Part shown: one piece after another, positions 38,087 through 47,983 of the stretch
Numbering within the stretch: the first letter of the stretch is position 1
Layout of the letters: the number at the start of each line of letters is the position of its first letter
Assembly: GCA_050257555.1 (NCBI GenBank)
Contig: JBLMXB010000178.1
Coordinates: 3,247 to 67,246 of the forward strand
Source: Hyphomicrobiales bacterium
Lineage (GTDB): Bacteria; Eisenbacteria; RBG-16-71-46; SZUA-252
Reading direction: 5' to 3'
Length of the DNA stretch: 64,000 bases
Made by a program: the position numbers and the translations under genes
The notes under the pieces: generated by a model
Databases searched by the model: none
What the model saw: only the letters and a program-made list of their open reading frames with translations
What the model was told of the DNA's origin: nothing

Positions 38087-38137
38087 AATTTTGATGCTCC
38101 CCCGAAACGGGGGTCGGCGGAGGAGCGGCAATTCGGG

Positions 38138-38578
38138 ATGGCGACGTTCCGCGGGAGCTATCAGCACACCATCGATCACAAGGGGCGCGTGAGCATCCCC
38201 GCGCGCTTCCGGCGCCAGCTCTCGGGGGAGGCGAACGACACGTTCGTCATCCTCCGCGGATTCGACACGTGCGTGGCGCTCTATCCCGCCGACGAATACC
38301 GCCGCATGGAGGAGCGCCTCCGCGGACGCTCCTTCACCGACGCCGCGAATCGCCGCTTCCAGCGCATGCTCCTCCTCCACGCGCGCGACGAGACGCTCGA
38401 CGCGCAGGGCCGCGTCGCCCTTCCGCCTCCCCTGATCACGCACGCGGAGCTCGGCAAGGACGTGCTCGTGACCGGCGTGCTCGACCACATCGAGATCTGG
38501 AATCCGCAGCTCTTCGAAGGCTACGTCGGCAGCTCCGAACGGTCGTACGAGGACATTGCGGGAGAACTGCTCCTATGA
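38138..38578 (+). CDS. mraZ: Division/cell wall cluster repressor MraZ
   Basis: FRGSYQHTIDHKGRVSIPARFR, LDAQGRV, HIEIW. Confidence 0.96.
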   Translation: MATFRGSYQHTIDHKGRVSIPARFRRQLSGEANDTFVILRGFDTCVALYPADEYRRMEERLRGRSFTDAANRRFQRMLLLHARDETLDAQGRVALPPPLITHAELGKDVLVTGVLDHIEIWNPQLFEGYVGSSERSYEDIAGELLL

Positions 38579-39033
38579 GCTCCGTTCCGTCCATCGCGCG
38601 ACGCCCCGTCGCGCTCGAGCATCCGGTCTACCAGTGGGAGGGAGCCGGCGGCGGTGCCGCCGCCACGCTCCGCCTCTTCGGTACCCTCGGCCGCCGCGAG
38701 CTCTCGCTCGTCGCGGACGCCATCGTGGAGCGCGCCCGCGCTCCTCGCGACGTGCTGTGCGTCGACTTCGAGCACGTCGATCACATCGACTTTCGCGCGC
38801 TCCCGGAATTCGCCCACCGCGTGATGCGGCACCGGGACCGGGGCGCGGTCGTCTGGTTCGTCGGCATGACGTCGTACGTCTTGCGGCTGTTCGACGTCGC
38901 CGGCCAGGGATCCATCGTTCGTCAGTTGCTGTGGAACGACGGAGCGTCCGCGCGCGAGCGCGGTCCGCTCCGCCCGTTCGCCGACCGGGCATCGACCGGG
39001 CCTCGGGTGGTTCGAGACGGCGCCTGGCACTAG
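38575..39033 (+). CDS. STAS-domain (anti-sigma antagonist-like) protein
   Basis: LRLFGTL...VLCVDFEHVDHIDFRAL...G..V.FVGM..YVLRLF..AG; ATGA overlap with the mraZ stop. Confidence 0.72.
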   Translation: MSSVPSIARRPVALEHPVYQWEGAGGGAAATLRLFGTLGRRELSLVADAIVERARAPRDVLCVDFEHVDHIDFRALPEFAHRVMRHRDRGAVVWFVGMTSYVLRLFDVAGQGSIVRQLLWNDGASARERGPLRPFADRASTGPRVVRDGAWH

Positions 39034-39054
39034 CCAGCGTCCTCGGAACAGCCG

Positions 39055-39975
39055 ATGCCGGGTCACGTCCCGGTCCTCAGGGAGGAGGCAGTTCGGTTGC
39101 TGGTGGCCGACGCGCAGGGGACCTTCGTCGACGCGACCCTGGGTCACGGCGGGCACGCCGCCGCGATCGTCGCGGCCCTGTCCGGTGACGCCGGGCGCGT
39201 GATCGGCCTGGACTGCGATCCCGAGGCCGTCGAGCGCGCGAACGCCGCCCCGCCCGCGCCCGCGCCCCGCTTCCAAGCCGCCCGCGCGCGCTTCTCCGAG
39301 ATCGACGACGCCCTCGACGGCCTCGGGGTCGCGACCGTCGACGGCCTCCTCGCCGACCTCGGCCTCTCCTCCGACCAGCTCGACGATCCCGCGCGCGGCC
39401 TCGCGTTCTCGCTCGACGGACCGCTCGACATGCGCCTCGATCCCTCGCGCCCGGAGACGGCCGACCAGCTGGTCCGCCGGCTCGACGAGCGCGAGCTCGC
39501 GCGCCTCCTCGCGACGTACGGCGAGCTGCCGCGCGCGCACGCCGCCGCCCGCGCGCTCCGGCGCGCCGCCGAGGCGACGCGCCCGCTGACGACGCGGGCG
39601 GCCCGCGAGGCGCTGGCGCCGCTCTATCGCGGGCCCGGGCGGCCCCGCCGCCTCGCGCAGGCGTTCCAGGCGCTCCGGGTCGCGGTGAACCGGGAGCAGG
39701 AGGAGCTGGCCGCGCTCCTCGACGTCGCGGCCCGCCGCGTCGCCCCGGGCGGCACGCTCGTGGTGATCGCGTACCACTCCCTCGAGGATCGGATGGTGAA
39801 GCACGCGATGACGCCGCCCCGCCCGCTCGACGCGTGGGCCGCGCCGCCGGAATCGCCGTGGATCCCCCTCACGCGGAAGCCGATCCGGCCCTCCGCGGAC
39901 GAGGTCGCCGAGAACCCGCGGGCCGCGAGCGCGCGACTGCGCGCCGCCCGCCGCCGGGGAGGTTCCCCATGCTGA
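39055..39975 (+). CDS. rsmH: 16S rRNA m4C1402 methyltransferase RsmH
   Basis: HVPVL, VDATLGHGGH, DLGLSS.QLD, GPLDMR, FQALRVAVN, AYHSLEDR, ENPRA.SA.LR. Confidence 0.96.
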   Translation: MPGHVPVLREEAVRLLVADAQGTFVDATLGHGGHAAAIVAALSGDAGRVIGLDCDPEAVERANAAPPAPAPRFQAARARFSEIDDALDGLGVATVDGLLADLGLSSDQLDDPARGLAFSLDGPLDMRLDPSRPETADQLVRRLDERELARLLATYGELPRAHAAARALRRAAEATRPLTTRAAREALAPLYRGPGRPRRLAQAFQALRVAVNREQEELAALLDVAARRVAPGGTLVVIAYHSLEDRMVKHAMTPPRPLDAWAAPPESPWIPLTRKPIRPSADEVAENPRAASARLRAARRRGGSPC

Positions 39976-40496
39976 GCGCCGCTCCGGAACGTACGCTCGC
40001 GCCCGAGACCCAGGAGGCGAAGGGGCCCGCCGCGCCGGGACCGTACCTCCGCCGCTACCGCGCGGCGCGCCCGCGCTCGCGCCGCCACGGTCCGATCGCG
40101 CTCGCGGTCCTCGCGGTGACGCTCCTCCTGCTCGGCCGCGTCTGGCAGGTGACCCGGGCGCACGCGCTCTCGAAGGAGCACGACGAGCTCCGCCGCGAGG
40201 TGCGGGGACTCGAGAACCGGATCCGGCTCTCCAGCGATCTCGCGGTGCAGACCGCGTTCCGCGAGGGGCTCGACTACAAGGCGTTCGCGAAGGACGGGTT
40301 CATGAGCCCCGATCCCTCGCGCGTCGTCGACATCGACCTGAAGGCGCCGCTCCCGAGCGTGCGCCCGCACGAGGGCGCGGTCGCGTCGATCGCCGCGGAA
40401 GTCGGCCACCTGGTGGCCGGGCTGCTCCCGGGTCCGCGGCGTCCGTCCGGCGAGGACGCGGCGGTGCGCCCGGTGAGCGCGGGGGGCTCCCGATGA
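39969..40496 (+). CDS. ftsL: FtsL-like cell division protein (extended C-terminus)
   Basis: Position between rsmH and ftsI; basic N-terminus, single TM, coiled coil. Confidence 0.6.
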   Translation: MLSAAPERTLAPETQEAKGPAAPGPYLRRYRAARPRSRRHGPIALAVLAVTLLLLGRVWQVTRAHALSKEHDELRREVRGLENRIRLSSDLAVQTAFREGLDYKAFAKDGFMSPDPSRVVDIDLKAPLPSVRPHEGAVASIAAEVGHLVAGLLPGPRRPSGEDAAVRPVSAGGSR

Positions 40497-42583
40497 GCCC
40501 GACCCACCTCGCGCGGCTCCGCCTCCTCGCGTTCGCCGGGCTCGCGGTCTTCGCGGTGCTCCTCCTCCGCCTGGTCCAGATCCAGCTGCTCGACCACGGC
40601 CGGCTCACCCGCGAGGCGACGGCGCAGCAGACGCGACGCGTGATCCTCGAGCCGGAGCGCGGGCTCATCCTCGACCGTCACCTCCGCCCCCTCGCGGAGA
40701 ACGTCGCGCTGAGCCGGCTCTCCGTGCGTCCGGACGAGGTCCGGAACGCCGCGCAGGCCGCCGCCTTCATCCGGAAGACCGTCGGCGCGCGCGGGGCCTC
40801 GATCTACCGGCGGAGCCGCGTCGAGCACCGGGTCTACGTGCGCATCGCCTCGAGGCTCAAGCCCGAGCAGGAGCTCGCGCTCGCCGAGAACGCGCTCCCG
40901 AGCGGCGTCCACCTCGATCCCGTGCCCGGCCGCGTCTATCCGCTCGACGCCGCGGCGCGGCCGGTGGTCGGCGTCGTCGGGAACGAGGGGTCGGGCCTCG
41001 AGGGGCTCGAGTACGCGTTCGACCGCGAGCTCAAGGGGACCACCGGCTGGGCCACGCTCTTCCAGAACGGGCGCGGCATCGCGTACGAGCTGCCCGGGCG
41101 GATGGTGAAGCTCCCCGATCCGGGTTCGAGCCTCGTCAGCACGATCGACCTCGACGGCCAGTCGATCACGGTGATGAAGCTGCGGGAGGCGCTGGCCGAA
41201 ACCGGGGCGAAGAGCGCCATGGCCATCTTCGCCGATCCCACGACCGGCGACATCCTCGCCATGGCCTCGGTCGACGCGCCCGGCGCGAGCGACCAGGCGG
41301 CGCACCGGGACCGGCTGATCGCCGACCAGTACGAGCCCGGCTCCACGTTCAAGATCCTGGCGGGCTGCGCGGCGCTCGAGGATCACGTCGTGGCGCCGAC
41401 CGACTCGTTCTGGGTCGAGAAGGGGGAGGCGGACTTCGGCTCCTTCACGATCCACGACAGCCATCCCGAGACCGGCTGGTTCACGTTCCGGAAGGCGACG
41501 GCCCACTCGAGCAACGTCTGCTTCGCGCGGATCGGCATGAAGGTCGGCGCCGATCGCATGTACCGCCTCGCGCGGCTCTTCGGATTCGGCCAACCGACGC
41601 GCGTCAGTCTCCCGGGGGAGGCGCCCGGCGAGATCCGCCATCCCGACACCTGGTCGGAGCGCTCGCTCGCCTCGATCTCCTTCGGCCAGGAGGTGCTCGT
41701 CACGCCGATCCAGCTCCTCATGGCGTACTGCGCCGTGGCGAACGACGGCGTGCTGCTTCGGCCGCGGATCGCGACCGCGCTGGTCGACGAGGAGGGGCAT
41801 CCGGTCCGCGAGTTCCCGGTCGAGACGGTCCGCCGGGTCGTCTCCACCGAGACCGCGCGCACGTTCCGCTCGTTCCTCCGCGACGTCGTCACCGACGGGA
41901 CCGGCACCGAGGCCGCGCTCCCCTGGTGCGAGGTCGCGGGGAAGACCGGCACCGCGCAGAAGTCGGAGTCGGGCGTCCGCGGCTACAGCGCGGGGCGGTA
42001 CGTCGCCTCGTTCGTCGGAATGGCGCCGGCCGACCACCCCCGGCTCGTCGGGCTCGTGATCCTCGACGAGCCGAAGGGCGCGAACTACTTCGGCGGCTCC
42101 GTCGCCGCGCCGGTCTGGCGCGACATCGTGGCGGCCTGGGCGGCGCAGGGGCGGGGCCCGGTCTCGATGCCGACGACGGTGGTGCCGCCCGCGGCGATGG
42201 CGGCCGCGGGGACGCAGGTCCCGGACGTGCGCCTGCTCCAGCCCGAGCGCGCGCGCGAGGTGCTGGGACACGCGGGATTCGACGTGACGATCACGGGGAC
42301 GGGAACGCGGGTCGGCTCGCAGACGCCGACGCCGGGCGAGACGGCGCGTGCCGGATCGGTCGTGGAGCTCACGCTGGCTTCGGAGGAGATGGGTGCGGCG
42401 GTCGTGGTGCCGGACCTGCGTGGGCTCCCGATCCGGGACGCGCTGGCACGGCTCTCCGCGCTCGCCATTCCGGTGGGACGGATCCTGGGCACGGGGTGCG
42501 TCGTGGCTCAGTCCCTCGAGCCGGGACAGGTGGTGCGGCGCGACACGTCGTGCTCGCTCACGCTGTCGCCGCGGGGGACGTGA
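40493..42583 (+). CDS. ftsI: Class B penicillin-binding protein FtsI with two PASTA domains
   Basis: ERG.ILDR, R.YP, GLEGLE, YEPGSTFK, HSSN, GKTGTAQK; VPDV.. and VPDLRG PASTA repeats. Confidence 0.92.
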   Translation: MSPTHLARLRLLAFAGLAVFAVLLLRLVQIQLLDHGRLTREATAQQTRRVILEPERGLILDRHLRPLAENVALSRLSVRPDEVRNAAQAAAFIRKTVGARGASIYRRSRVEHRVYVRIASRLKPEQELALAENALPSGVHLDPVPGRVYPLDAAARPVVGVVGNEGSGLEGLEYAFDRELKGTTGWATLFQNGRGIAYELPGRMVKLPDPGSSLVSTIDLDGQSITVMKLREALAETGAKSAMAIFADPTTGDILAMASVDAPGASDQAAHRDRLIADQYEPGSTFKILAGCAALEDHVVAPTDSFWVEKGEADFGSFTIHDSHPETGWFTFRKATAHSSNVCFARIGMKVGADRMYRLARLFGFGQPTRVSLPGEAPGEIRHPDTWSERSLASISFGQEVLVTPIQLLMAYCAVANDGVLLRPRIATALVDEEGHPVREFPVETVRRVVSTETARTFRSFLRDVVTDGTGTEAALPWCEVAGKTGTAQKSESGVRGYSAGRYVASFVGMAPADHPRLVGLVILDEPKGANYFGGSVAAPVWRDIVAAWAAQGRGPVSMPTTVVPPAAMAAAGTQVPDVRLLQPERAREVLGHAGFDVTITGTGTRVGSQTPTPGETARAGSVVELTLASEEMGAAVVVPDLRGLPIRDALARLSALAIPVGRILGTGCVVAQSLEPGQVVRRDTSCSLTLSPRGT

Positions 42584-44073
42584 TCGCCGCCACGGGCCGT
42601 GACGTCGCGGCCCTTCCGCGCCTGCTCGACGCGCTCGAGAGCGCCGGCACCCCGGCGGGGGAGTGGACGCGGGTCGAATACGACTCGCGTCGCGTCGTTC
42701 CGGGGGACGTCTTCGTCGCGCTCCCCGGGCTCAGGGCCGACGGGCACGCGTACGTCGGGACCGCCGCGCAGAAGGGGGCGGTGGCGGCCGTCGTGGAGCG
42801 GATCGATCCCGAGGCGCCGCTCCCGCAGATCCGCGTGCGGGAGGCGCGCCGGGCGCTCGCGGTGCTCGCGCAGGAGGAGACGGACCATCCCTCGCGCGAG
42901 CTCCTGGTCGTCGGCGTGACGGGGACGAACGGCAAGACCACGACGACGCACCTGATCCGCGCGGCGCTCCGCGAGCGGGGCGAGCGGGTCGGCCTGGTCG
43001 GGACCGTCGCGTACGAGTTCGGCGGCGCGTCGGCGCCGCCGGCGCACACGACGCCCGAGGCGCCCGAGCTGGCGCGGCTCTTCCGCGGCTGGCTCGAGCA
43101 GGGGGCCACGTCGGTCGTCATGGAGGTCTCGTCGCACGCGCTCGCGCAGGAGCGGACGTACGGCACGGCCTTCGACGTCGGCGTCTTCACGAACCTGACG
43201 CAGGACCACTTGGACTTCCACGGGACCATGGACGCGTATCGCGACGCGAAGGCGAGGCTCTTCCGCTCCGAAGCCCGGGGCGACCGGACGAAGACGATGA
43301 CGGGGGTCGTGAACCTCGACGACGCCGCGGGCGCCTGGATGCGCGCGCAGGCGGACGGCCCCGTCCTCGGATACGGGGAGAGCGCGGCGGCGGAGGTGAC
43401 GGCGGAAGCCGTCCGGCTCGATCCGGCAGGCACGAGACTCCGGATCCGATATCCGGGCGGGCACGTGAACGCCGCCCTCCGCCTCCGCGGCGCGTTCAAC
43501 GTCTCGAACGCGCTCGCCGCCTTCGCCGCCGCGTACGCGGCGGGCGTCGCGCCCGAGGACGCCGTGCGCGGGCTCGGCGCGGTGGCCGCGGTGCCGGGCC
43601 GGCTCGAGCCGGTCGACGAGGGGCAGCCGTTCCAGGTGCTGGTCGACTACGCGCACACGCCCGACGCCCTCGAGCGCGCGCTCGACGCGGTGCGCGCGTT
43701 CCGCCCGCGGCGGCTCGTCTGCCTCTTCGGCTGCGGGGGCGACCGCGACCGCGGAAAGCGCCCGCTCATGGGCGCCGTGGCGGCGCGGCTCGCCGACCAG
43801 GTCGTCCTCACGTCGGACAACCCGCGGAGCGAGGACCCGGAGGCGATCGTGCGCGAGATCGAGGCGGGGGTCGGCGCCGCCGCGCACGTCCGCTCGATCG
43901 TCGACCGCGCCGCGGCCATCGCCGCCGCGGTCGACGCGTGCGGGGACGGCGACGCGCTCCTGATCGCGGGGAAGGGGCACGAGACGTACCAGATCGTGGG
44001 TTCGCGGACGCTGCCGTTCGACGACCGCGAGGTCGCCCGCGCGGCGCTCCACGCGCGGGGGTACGGGCGATGA
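42580..44073 (+). CDS. murE: MurE ligase (meso-DAP type)
   Basis: DSR, GVTGTNGKTT, MEVSSH, TNLTQDHLDFH, DYAHTPD, SDNPRSE, AGKGHE. Confidence 0.96.
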   Translation: MIAATGRDVAALPRLLDALESAGTPAGEWTRVEYDSRRVVPGDVFVALPGLRADGHAYVGTAAQKGAVAAVVERIDPEAPLPQIRVREARRALAVLAQEETDHPSRELLVVGVTGTNGKTTTTHLIRAALRERGERVGLVGTVAYEFGGASAPPAHTTPEAPELARLFRGWLEQGATSVVMEVSSHALAQERTYGTAFDVGVFTNLTQDHLDFHGTMDAYRDAKARLFRSEARGDRTKTMTGVVNLDDAAGAWMRAQADGPVLGYGESAAAEVTAEAVRLDPAGTRLRIRYPGGHVNAALRLRGAFNVSNALAAFAAAYAAGVAPEDAVRGLGAVAAVPGRLEPVDEGQPFQVLVDYAHTPDALERALDAVRAFRPRRLVCLFGCGGDRDRGKRPLMGAVAARLADQVVLTSDNPRSEDPEAIVREIEAGVGAAAHVRSIVDRAAAIAAAVDACGDGDALLIAGKGHETYQIVGSRTLPFDDREVARAALHARGYGR

Positions 44074-45509
44074 CGACGGCCGCGAGCCCCTGGCTCGGAC
44101 TCGGCGAGGTCGCGCGCGTCGTCGGCGGCGCGATCGACGGCGCCGCCCCCGGCGAGACGGCGTTCACGGCGTGCGCGATCGACAGCCGCGCGCTCGAGGG
44201 GGGCGAGCTCTTCGTGCCGCTCCCGGGAACGCGCGCGGACGGCCACGCGTTCGTGCCGGCCGCGCTCGAGGCGGGCGCCCTGGGGAGCCTCGTCGGGCGC
44301 GACTACGCCTGGCCGGCCGGGACGCGCCCCGCCGGGAAGCCGCTCGTCCGCGTCGACGACCCGCTCCGGGCGCTCCAGGCGCTCGGGAGCCACTGCCGCG
44401 AGCGCTCCGGCGTGCCGGCGGTCGGGATCACCGGCTCGAACGGGAAGACGACCACCAAGGAGATGATCGCCGCCGTGCTCGGCACCGCGCGCCGCGTGCA
44501 CAAGAACGCGGGAAACCTGAACAACCACATCGGCGTGCCGCTCAGCCTGACGCGGCTCCGTCCCGAGCACGACGTGATCGTGATGGAGATGGGGATGAGC
44601 GCGCCGGGCGAGATCCGGGAGCTCGCCGCGATGGTGCGCCCCTCGGTCGGCGTCCTCACGATCGTCGCGGCCGCGCACCTCCTGCAGCTCGGCTCGCTCG
44701 ACGCGATCGCCGACGCGAAGTGCGAGCTGGCCGACGCGATCCCCGCGGACGGGCTCCTCGTCGTGAACGGGGACGATCCGTACCTCGTCCCGCGCGCGCG
44801 GACGCGCCCGGCCCGCAAACGCTTCTTCGCCCTCGACCGCGCCGACGCCGATCTGAGGCCCGCCGACGTCCGCGTCACGGCCGAGGGCGGGACGCGCTTC
44901 ACGCTCCCCGACGGGACCGGCGTCGCGCTGGCCCTCCTCGGGCGGCACAACGTGCGGAACGCGCTCGCGGCGATCCTGGTCGGGGACGAGTTCGGGATCC
45001 CGCGGGCGCGGGCCGCCGCGGCGCTCGGCGCGCTCCGTCCGACGAAGCACCGCCTCGAGCTCCTCGACGCGCGCGGCATCGCGGTGCTCGACGACGCGTA
45101 CAACGCGAACCCGGCGTCGATGAAGGCGGCGCTCGAGCTGCTCGACGCGATCGAGACCCGGGGGGAGCGCCGCGCGGTCCTGGGCGACATGCTCGAGCTC
45201 GGGCCGTCGAGCGCGGCGTTCCACGAGGAGGTCGGCCGCGCCGTGCCGAAGACGGCGTGGCTCTACGCCGCGGGGGAGTTCGCCGCGGCGATCGAGCGGG
45301 GCGCGCGGGCGGCCGGCGTCCCGGCGGCGCGCGCGCGCCGCTTCGCGGACGTGCCGGCGATGGCGGCCGCGGTGGTCGCCGACGCGAGACCGGGTGATCT
45401 CGTCCTGGTCAAGGCGTCGCGGGGGATGCGGCTGGAGCAGGTGGTAGACGCGTTGATCGGTGGCGGCGCGGGCGCCTCGAGCGGCCTCGCCCGGGCGGGG
45501 AGGAACTAG
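44070..45509 (+). CDS. murF: MurF ligase
   Basis: IDSR, GITGSNGKTTTKE, GNLNNHIGVP, DAYNANP, GDMLELG, KASRG. Confidence 0.96.
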   Translation: MTTAASPWLGLGEVARVVGGAIDGAAPGETAFTACAIDSRALEGGELFVPLPGTRADGHAFVPAALEAGALGSLVGRDYAWPAGTRPAGKPLVRVDDPLRALQALGSHCRERSGVPAVGITGSNGKTTTKEMIAAVLGTARRVHKNAGNLNNHIGVPLSLTRLRPEHDVIVMEMGMSAPGEIRELAAMVRPSVGVLTIVAAAHLLQLGSLDAIADAKCELADAIPADGLLVVNGDDPYLVPRARTRPARKRFFALDRADADLRPADVRVTAEGGTRFTLPDGTGVALALLGRHNVRNALAAILVGDEFGIPRARAAAALGALRPTKHRLELLDARGIAVLDDAYNANPASMKAALELLDAIETRGERRAVLGDMLELGPSSAAFHEEVGRAVPKTAWLYAAGEFAAAIERGARAAGVPAARARRFADVPAMAAAVVADARPGDLVLVKASRGMRLEQVVDALIGGGAGASSGLARAGRN

Positions 45510-45512
45510 GGA

Positions 45513-46601
45513 ATGCTCTACCACCTGCTCTATCCGCTCCACCAGCATTTCCCGGCGCTGAACGTCTTCCGCTACATCACGTTCCGCGCCGCGTACGCGC
45601 TGGCGACGGCCCTCCTCCTCGCGCTGGTGCTGGGCCCGCCGGTGATCCGCGCGCTCCGCGCGCTCAAGATCGGCCAGAAGGTGCGCGACGACGGGCCGCA
45701 GTCCCACCTCCCGAAGGCGGGCACCCCGACCATGGGCGGCGTCCTGATCGTGATCTCGATCGCGGTCACGACGCTCCTCTGGGGGAACCTCGGGAACCGC
45801 GACACGTGGATCGCCCTCCTCGCGACGCTCTGGATGGGGACGGTCGGGTTCATCGACGACTACCTCCGGGTGGTGAAGCACTACCGGAAGGGGCTCCTCG
45901 GCCGGTACAAGCTGGCGGGGCAGATCCTGCTCGGGCTCGCGGTCTTCATGGCGGTCTTCTTCTATCCGGCCCACGGGATCCTCGACCCGGCCGAGACGAA
46001 CGTGCCGTTCCTGAAGCGGACGGTCGTCGACTTCGGGTGGTTCTACCTCCCGTTCGTGATCCTCGTGATCACCGGCTCGTCGAACGCCGTGAACCTGGCG
46101 GACGGGCTCGACGGGCTCGCCGTCGGCATGACGGCGTTCGCGGCCGTCGCGCTCGGCGGCATGTGCTACCTGACCGGGCACGTGAAGTTCTCGGCGTACC
46201 TCCAGATCCCGTACATCGCGGGCGTCGGCGAGCTGACGGTCTTCTGCGCCGCGGTGATCGGGGCGACGCTCGGTTTCCTCTGGTGGAACTGCCATCCGGC
46301 CGACGTGTTCATGGGCGACACGGGGTCGCTCTCCCTGGGCGCCGCGCTCGGCACGGTCGCCGTGCTGATCAAGCGCGAGTTCCTGCTCGCGATCGTGGGG
46401 GCCGTCTTCGTGGCCGAGGCGCTCTCGGTCATGGCGCAGGTCCTCTCGTTCAAGCTCTGGGGGAAGCGCGTGCTCCGCATGGCGCCCCTCCATCACCACT
46501 TCGAGCTCTCCGGCTGGGCGGAATCGCGCGTCGTGGTCCGCTTCTGGATCGCGGCGGCGCTCTGCGCCCTGGTCGGCCTGAGCACCCTGAAGCTCCAATG
46601 A
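45513..46601 (+). CDS. mraY: Phospho-MurNAc-pentapeptide translocase
   Basis: KAGTPTMGG, GFIDDY, NAVNLADGLDGL, FMGDTGS, MAPLHHHFE. Confidence 0.97.
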   Translation: MLYHLLYPLHQHFPALNVFRYITFRAAYALATALLLALVLGPPVIRALRALKIGQKVRDDGPQSHLPKAGTPTMGGVLIVISIAVTTLLWGNLGNRDTWIALLATLWMGTVGFIDDYLRVVKHYRKGLLGRYKLAGQILLGLAVFMAVFFYPAHGILDPAETNVPFLKRTVVDFGWFYLPFVILVITGSSNAVNLADGLDGLAVGMTAFAAVALGGMCYLTGHVKFSAYLQIPYIAGVGELTVFCAAVIGATLGFLWWNCHPADVFMGDTGSLSLGAALGTVAVLIKREFLLAIVGAVFVAEALSVMAQVLSFKLWGKRVLRMAPLHHHFELSGWAESRVVVRFWIAAALCALVGLSTLKLQ

Positions 46602-47983
46602 CCGACGCCCGTCCCTGGTTCTCCGGAACGAAGGCCCTCGTCGTCGGCGTCGCGCGGAGCGGTCTCGCCGCCGCGCGGCTCCTCCGGCGCCACGGCGCCG
46701 ACGTGCGCGCGATCGACCGCCGGAAGCCGGACGAGCTCGGCCGCGCCGCGGAGGAGCTGACCGCGATGGGCGCGGCTCCGATGCTCGGGACGATGGACCC
46801 CTCCGCCCTCGACGGCCGCGACCTGGTCGTGCCGAGTCCCGGCGTGCCGCTCGATCTCCCCCTCTTCCGCGAGGCGGAGCGGCGCGGCATCCCGGTCGCG
46901 GCGGAGGTCGAGATCGGGTTCGCGGTGGCGCGCGCGCCGATCGCGGCCGTGACCGGCACGAACGGGAAGAGCACGACCGTCGAGCTCCTGGGCGCGATGG
47001 GCCGCGCCGCGGGCCGGCGCACCGAAGTGGTCGGCAACATCGGACTCGCGCTCTCGGAGAAGGCGGAGGAGGTGCCGGAGGACGGGCTCCTCGTCGTCGA
47101 GATCTCGAGCTTCCAGCTCGAGGCCTGCACCCGCTTCCGGCCGAAGGCCGGCGTGCTCCTCAACGTGACCCCCGACCACCTCGACCGTCACGGGACGATG
47201 GAGCACTACGCCGCGCTCAAGGCGCGTCTCTTCGCGCAGCAGACCGAGGAGGACTACCGGGTCCAGCCGCTGGCCGACGCCGGGCTGACCGCGCTCCTCC
47301 GGTCCATGCGCTCGGAGCCGCTCTGGTTCGGCTTCACCGATCCGACGGGCGACGGCGTCTGGGAGGCCGGCGGGCAGCTCCGCTACCGCTTCGCGGGCGA
47401 CCAGGGGACGCTCCTGCCGCGGGCGGAGGCGGCGCTCCCGGGGCCGCACAACACCGAGAACATGAGCGCGGCCGCCGCCGCGGCGCTCGCGGTCGGCCTC
47501 CCGCCGCGCGCGATCGCGACCGCGATCCGCGACTTCAAGGGCCTCCCGCACCGGCTCGCGTTCGTGGCGGAGATCGAGGGGGTCCGGTACGTGAACGATT
47601 CCAAGTCGACGAACGTCGACTCGCTCCGGCGGGCGCTCGAGTCGTACGCCGAGCCGATCACCCTCATCGCCGGCGGCCGCGACAAGAACGGCGACTTCGG
47701 CGCGATCCGGCCGCTCGTCATGGAGCGCGTGCGGACCGTGGTCCTGGTCGGCGAGGCCGCGGGGACGATCGAGCGGGCGTGGCCCGGCGTGGCGGCGCGC
47801 CGCGCGGCCACGCTCGAGGACGCCGTCGCGGCGGCGGCCGACGCGACGCCCGCGGGCGGGCTGGTCCTCCTCTCGCCCGGGTGCGCGTCGTACGACATGT
47901 TCCGGAACTTCGAGGAGCGGGGCGCCCGGTTCGAGGCCGCCGTGCTGGCGCGGAAGCGGTCGCGCGAGAAGGTGAAGCGATGA
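46598..47983 (+). CDS. murD: MurD ligase
   Basis: SPGVP, VTGTNGKST, EISSFQL, PDHLDRH, NDSKSTN, LSPGCASYD. Confidence 0.96.
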   Translation: MTDARPWFSGTKALVVGVARSGLAAARLLRRHGADVRAIDRRKPDELGRAAEELTAMGAAPMLGTMDPSALDGRDLVVPSPGVPLDLPLFREAERRGIPVAAEVEIGFAVARAPIAAVTGTNGKSTTVELLGAMGRAAGRRTEVVGNIGLALSEKAEEVPEDGLLVVEISSFQLEACTRFRPKAGVLLNVTPDHLDRHGTMEHYAALKARLFAQQTEEDYRVQPLADAGLTALLRSMRSEPLWFGFTDPTGDGVWEAGGQLRYRFAGDQGTLLPRAEAALPGPHNTENMSAAAAAALAVGLPPRAIATAIRDFKGLPHRLAFVAEIEGVRYVNDSKSTNVDSLRRALESYAEPITLIAGGRDKNGDFGAIRPLVMERVRTVVLVGEAAGTIERAWPGVAARRAATLEDAVAAAADATPAGGLVLLSPGCASYDMFRNFEERGARFEAAVLARKRSREKVKR

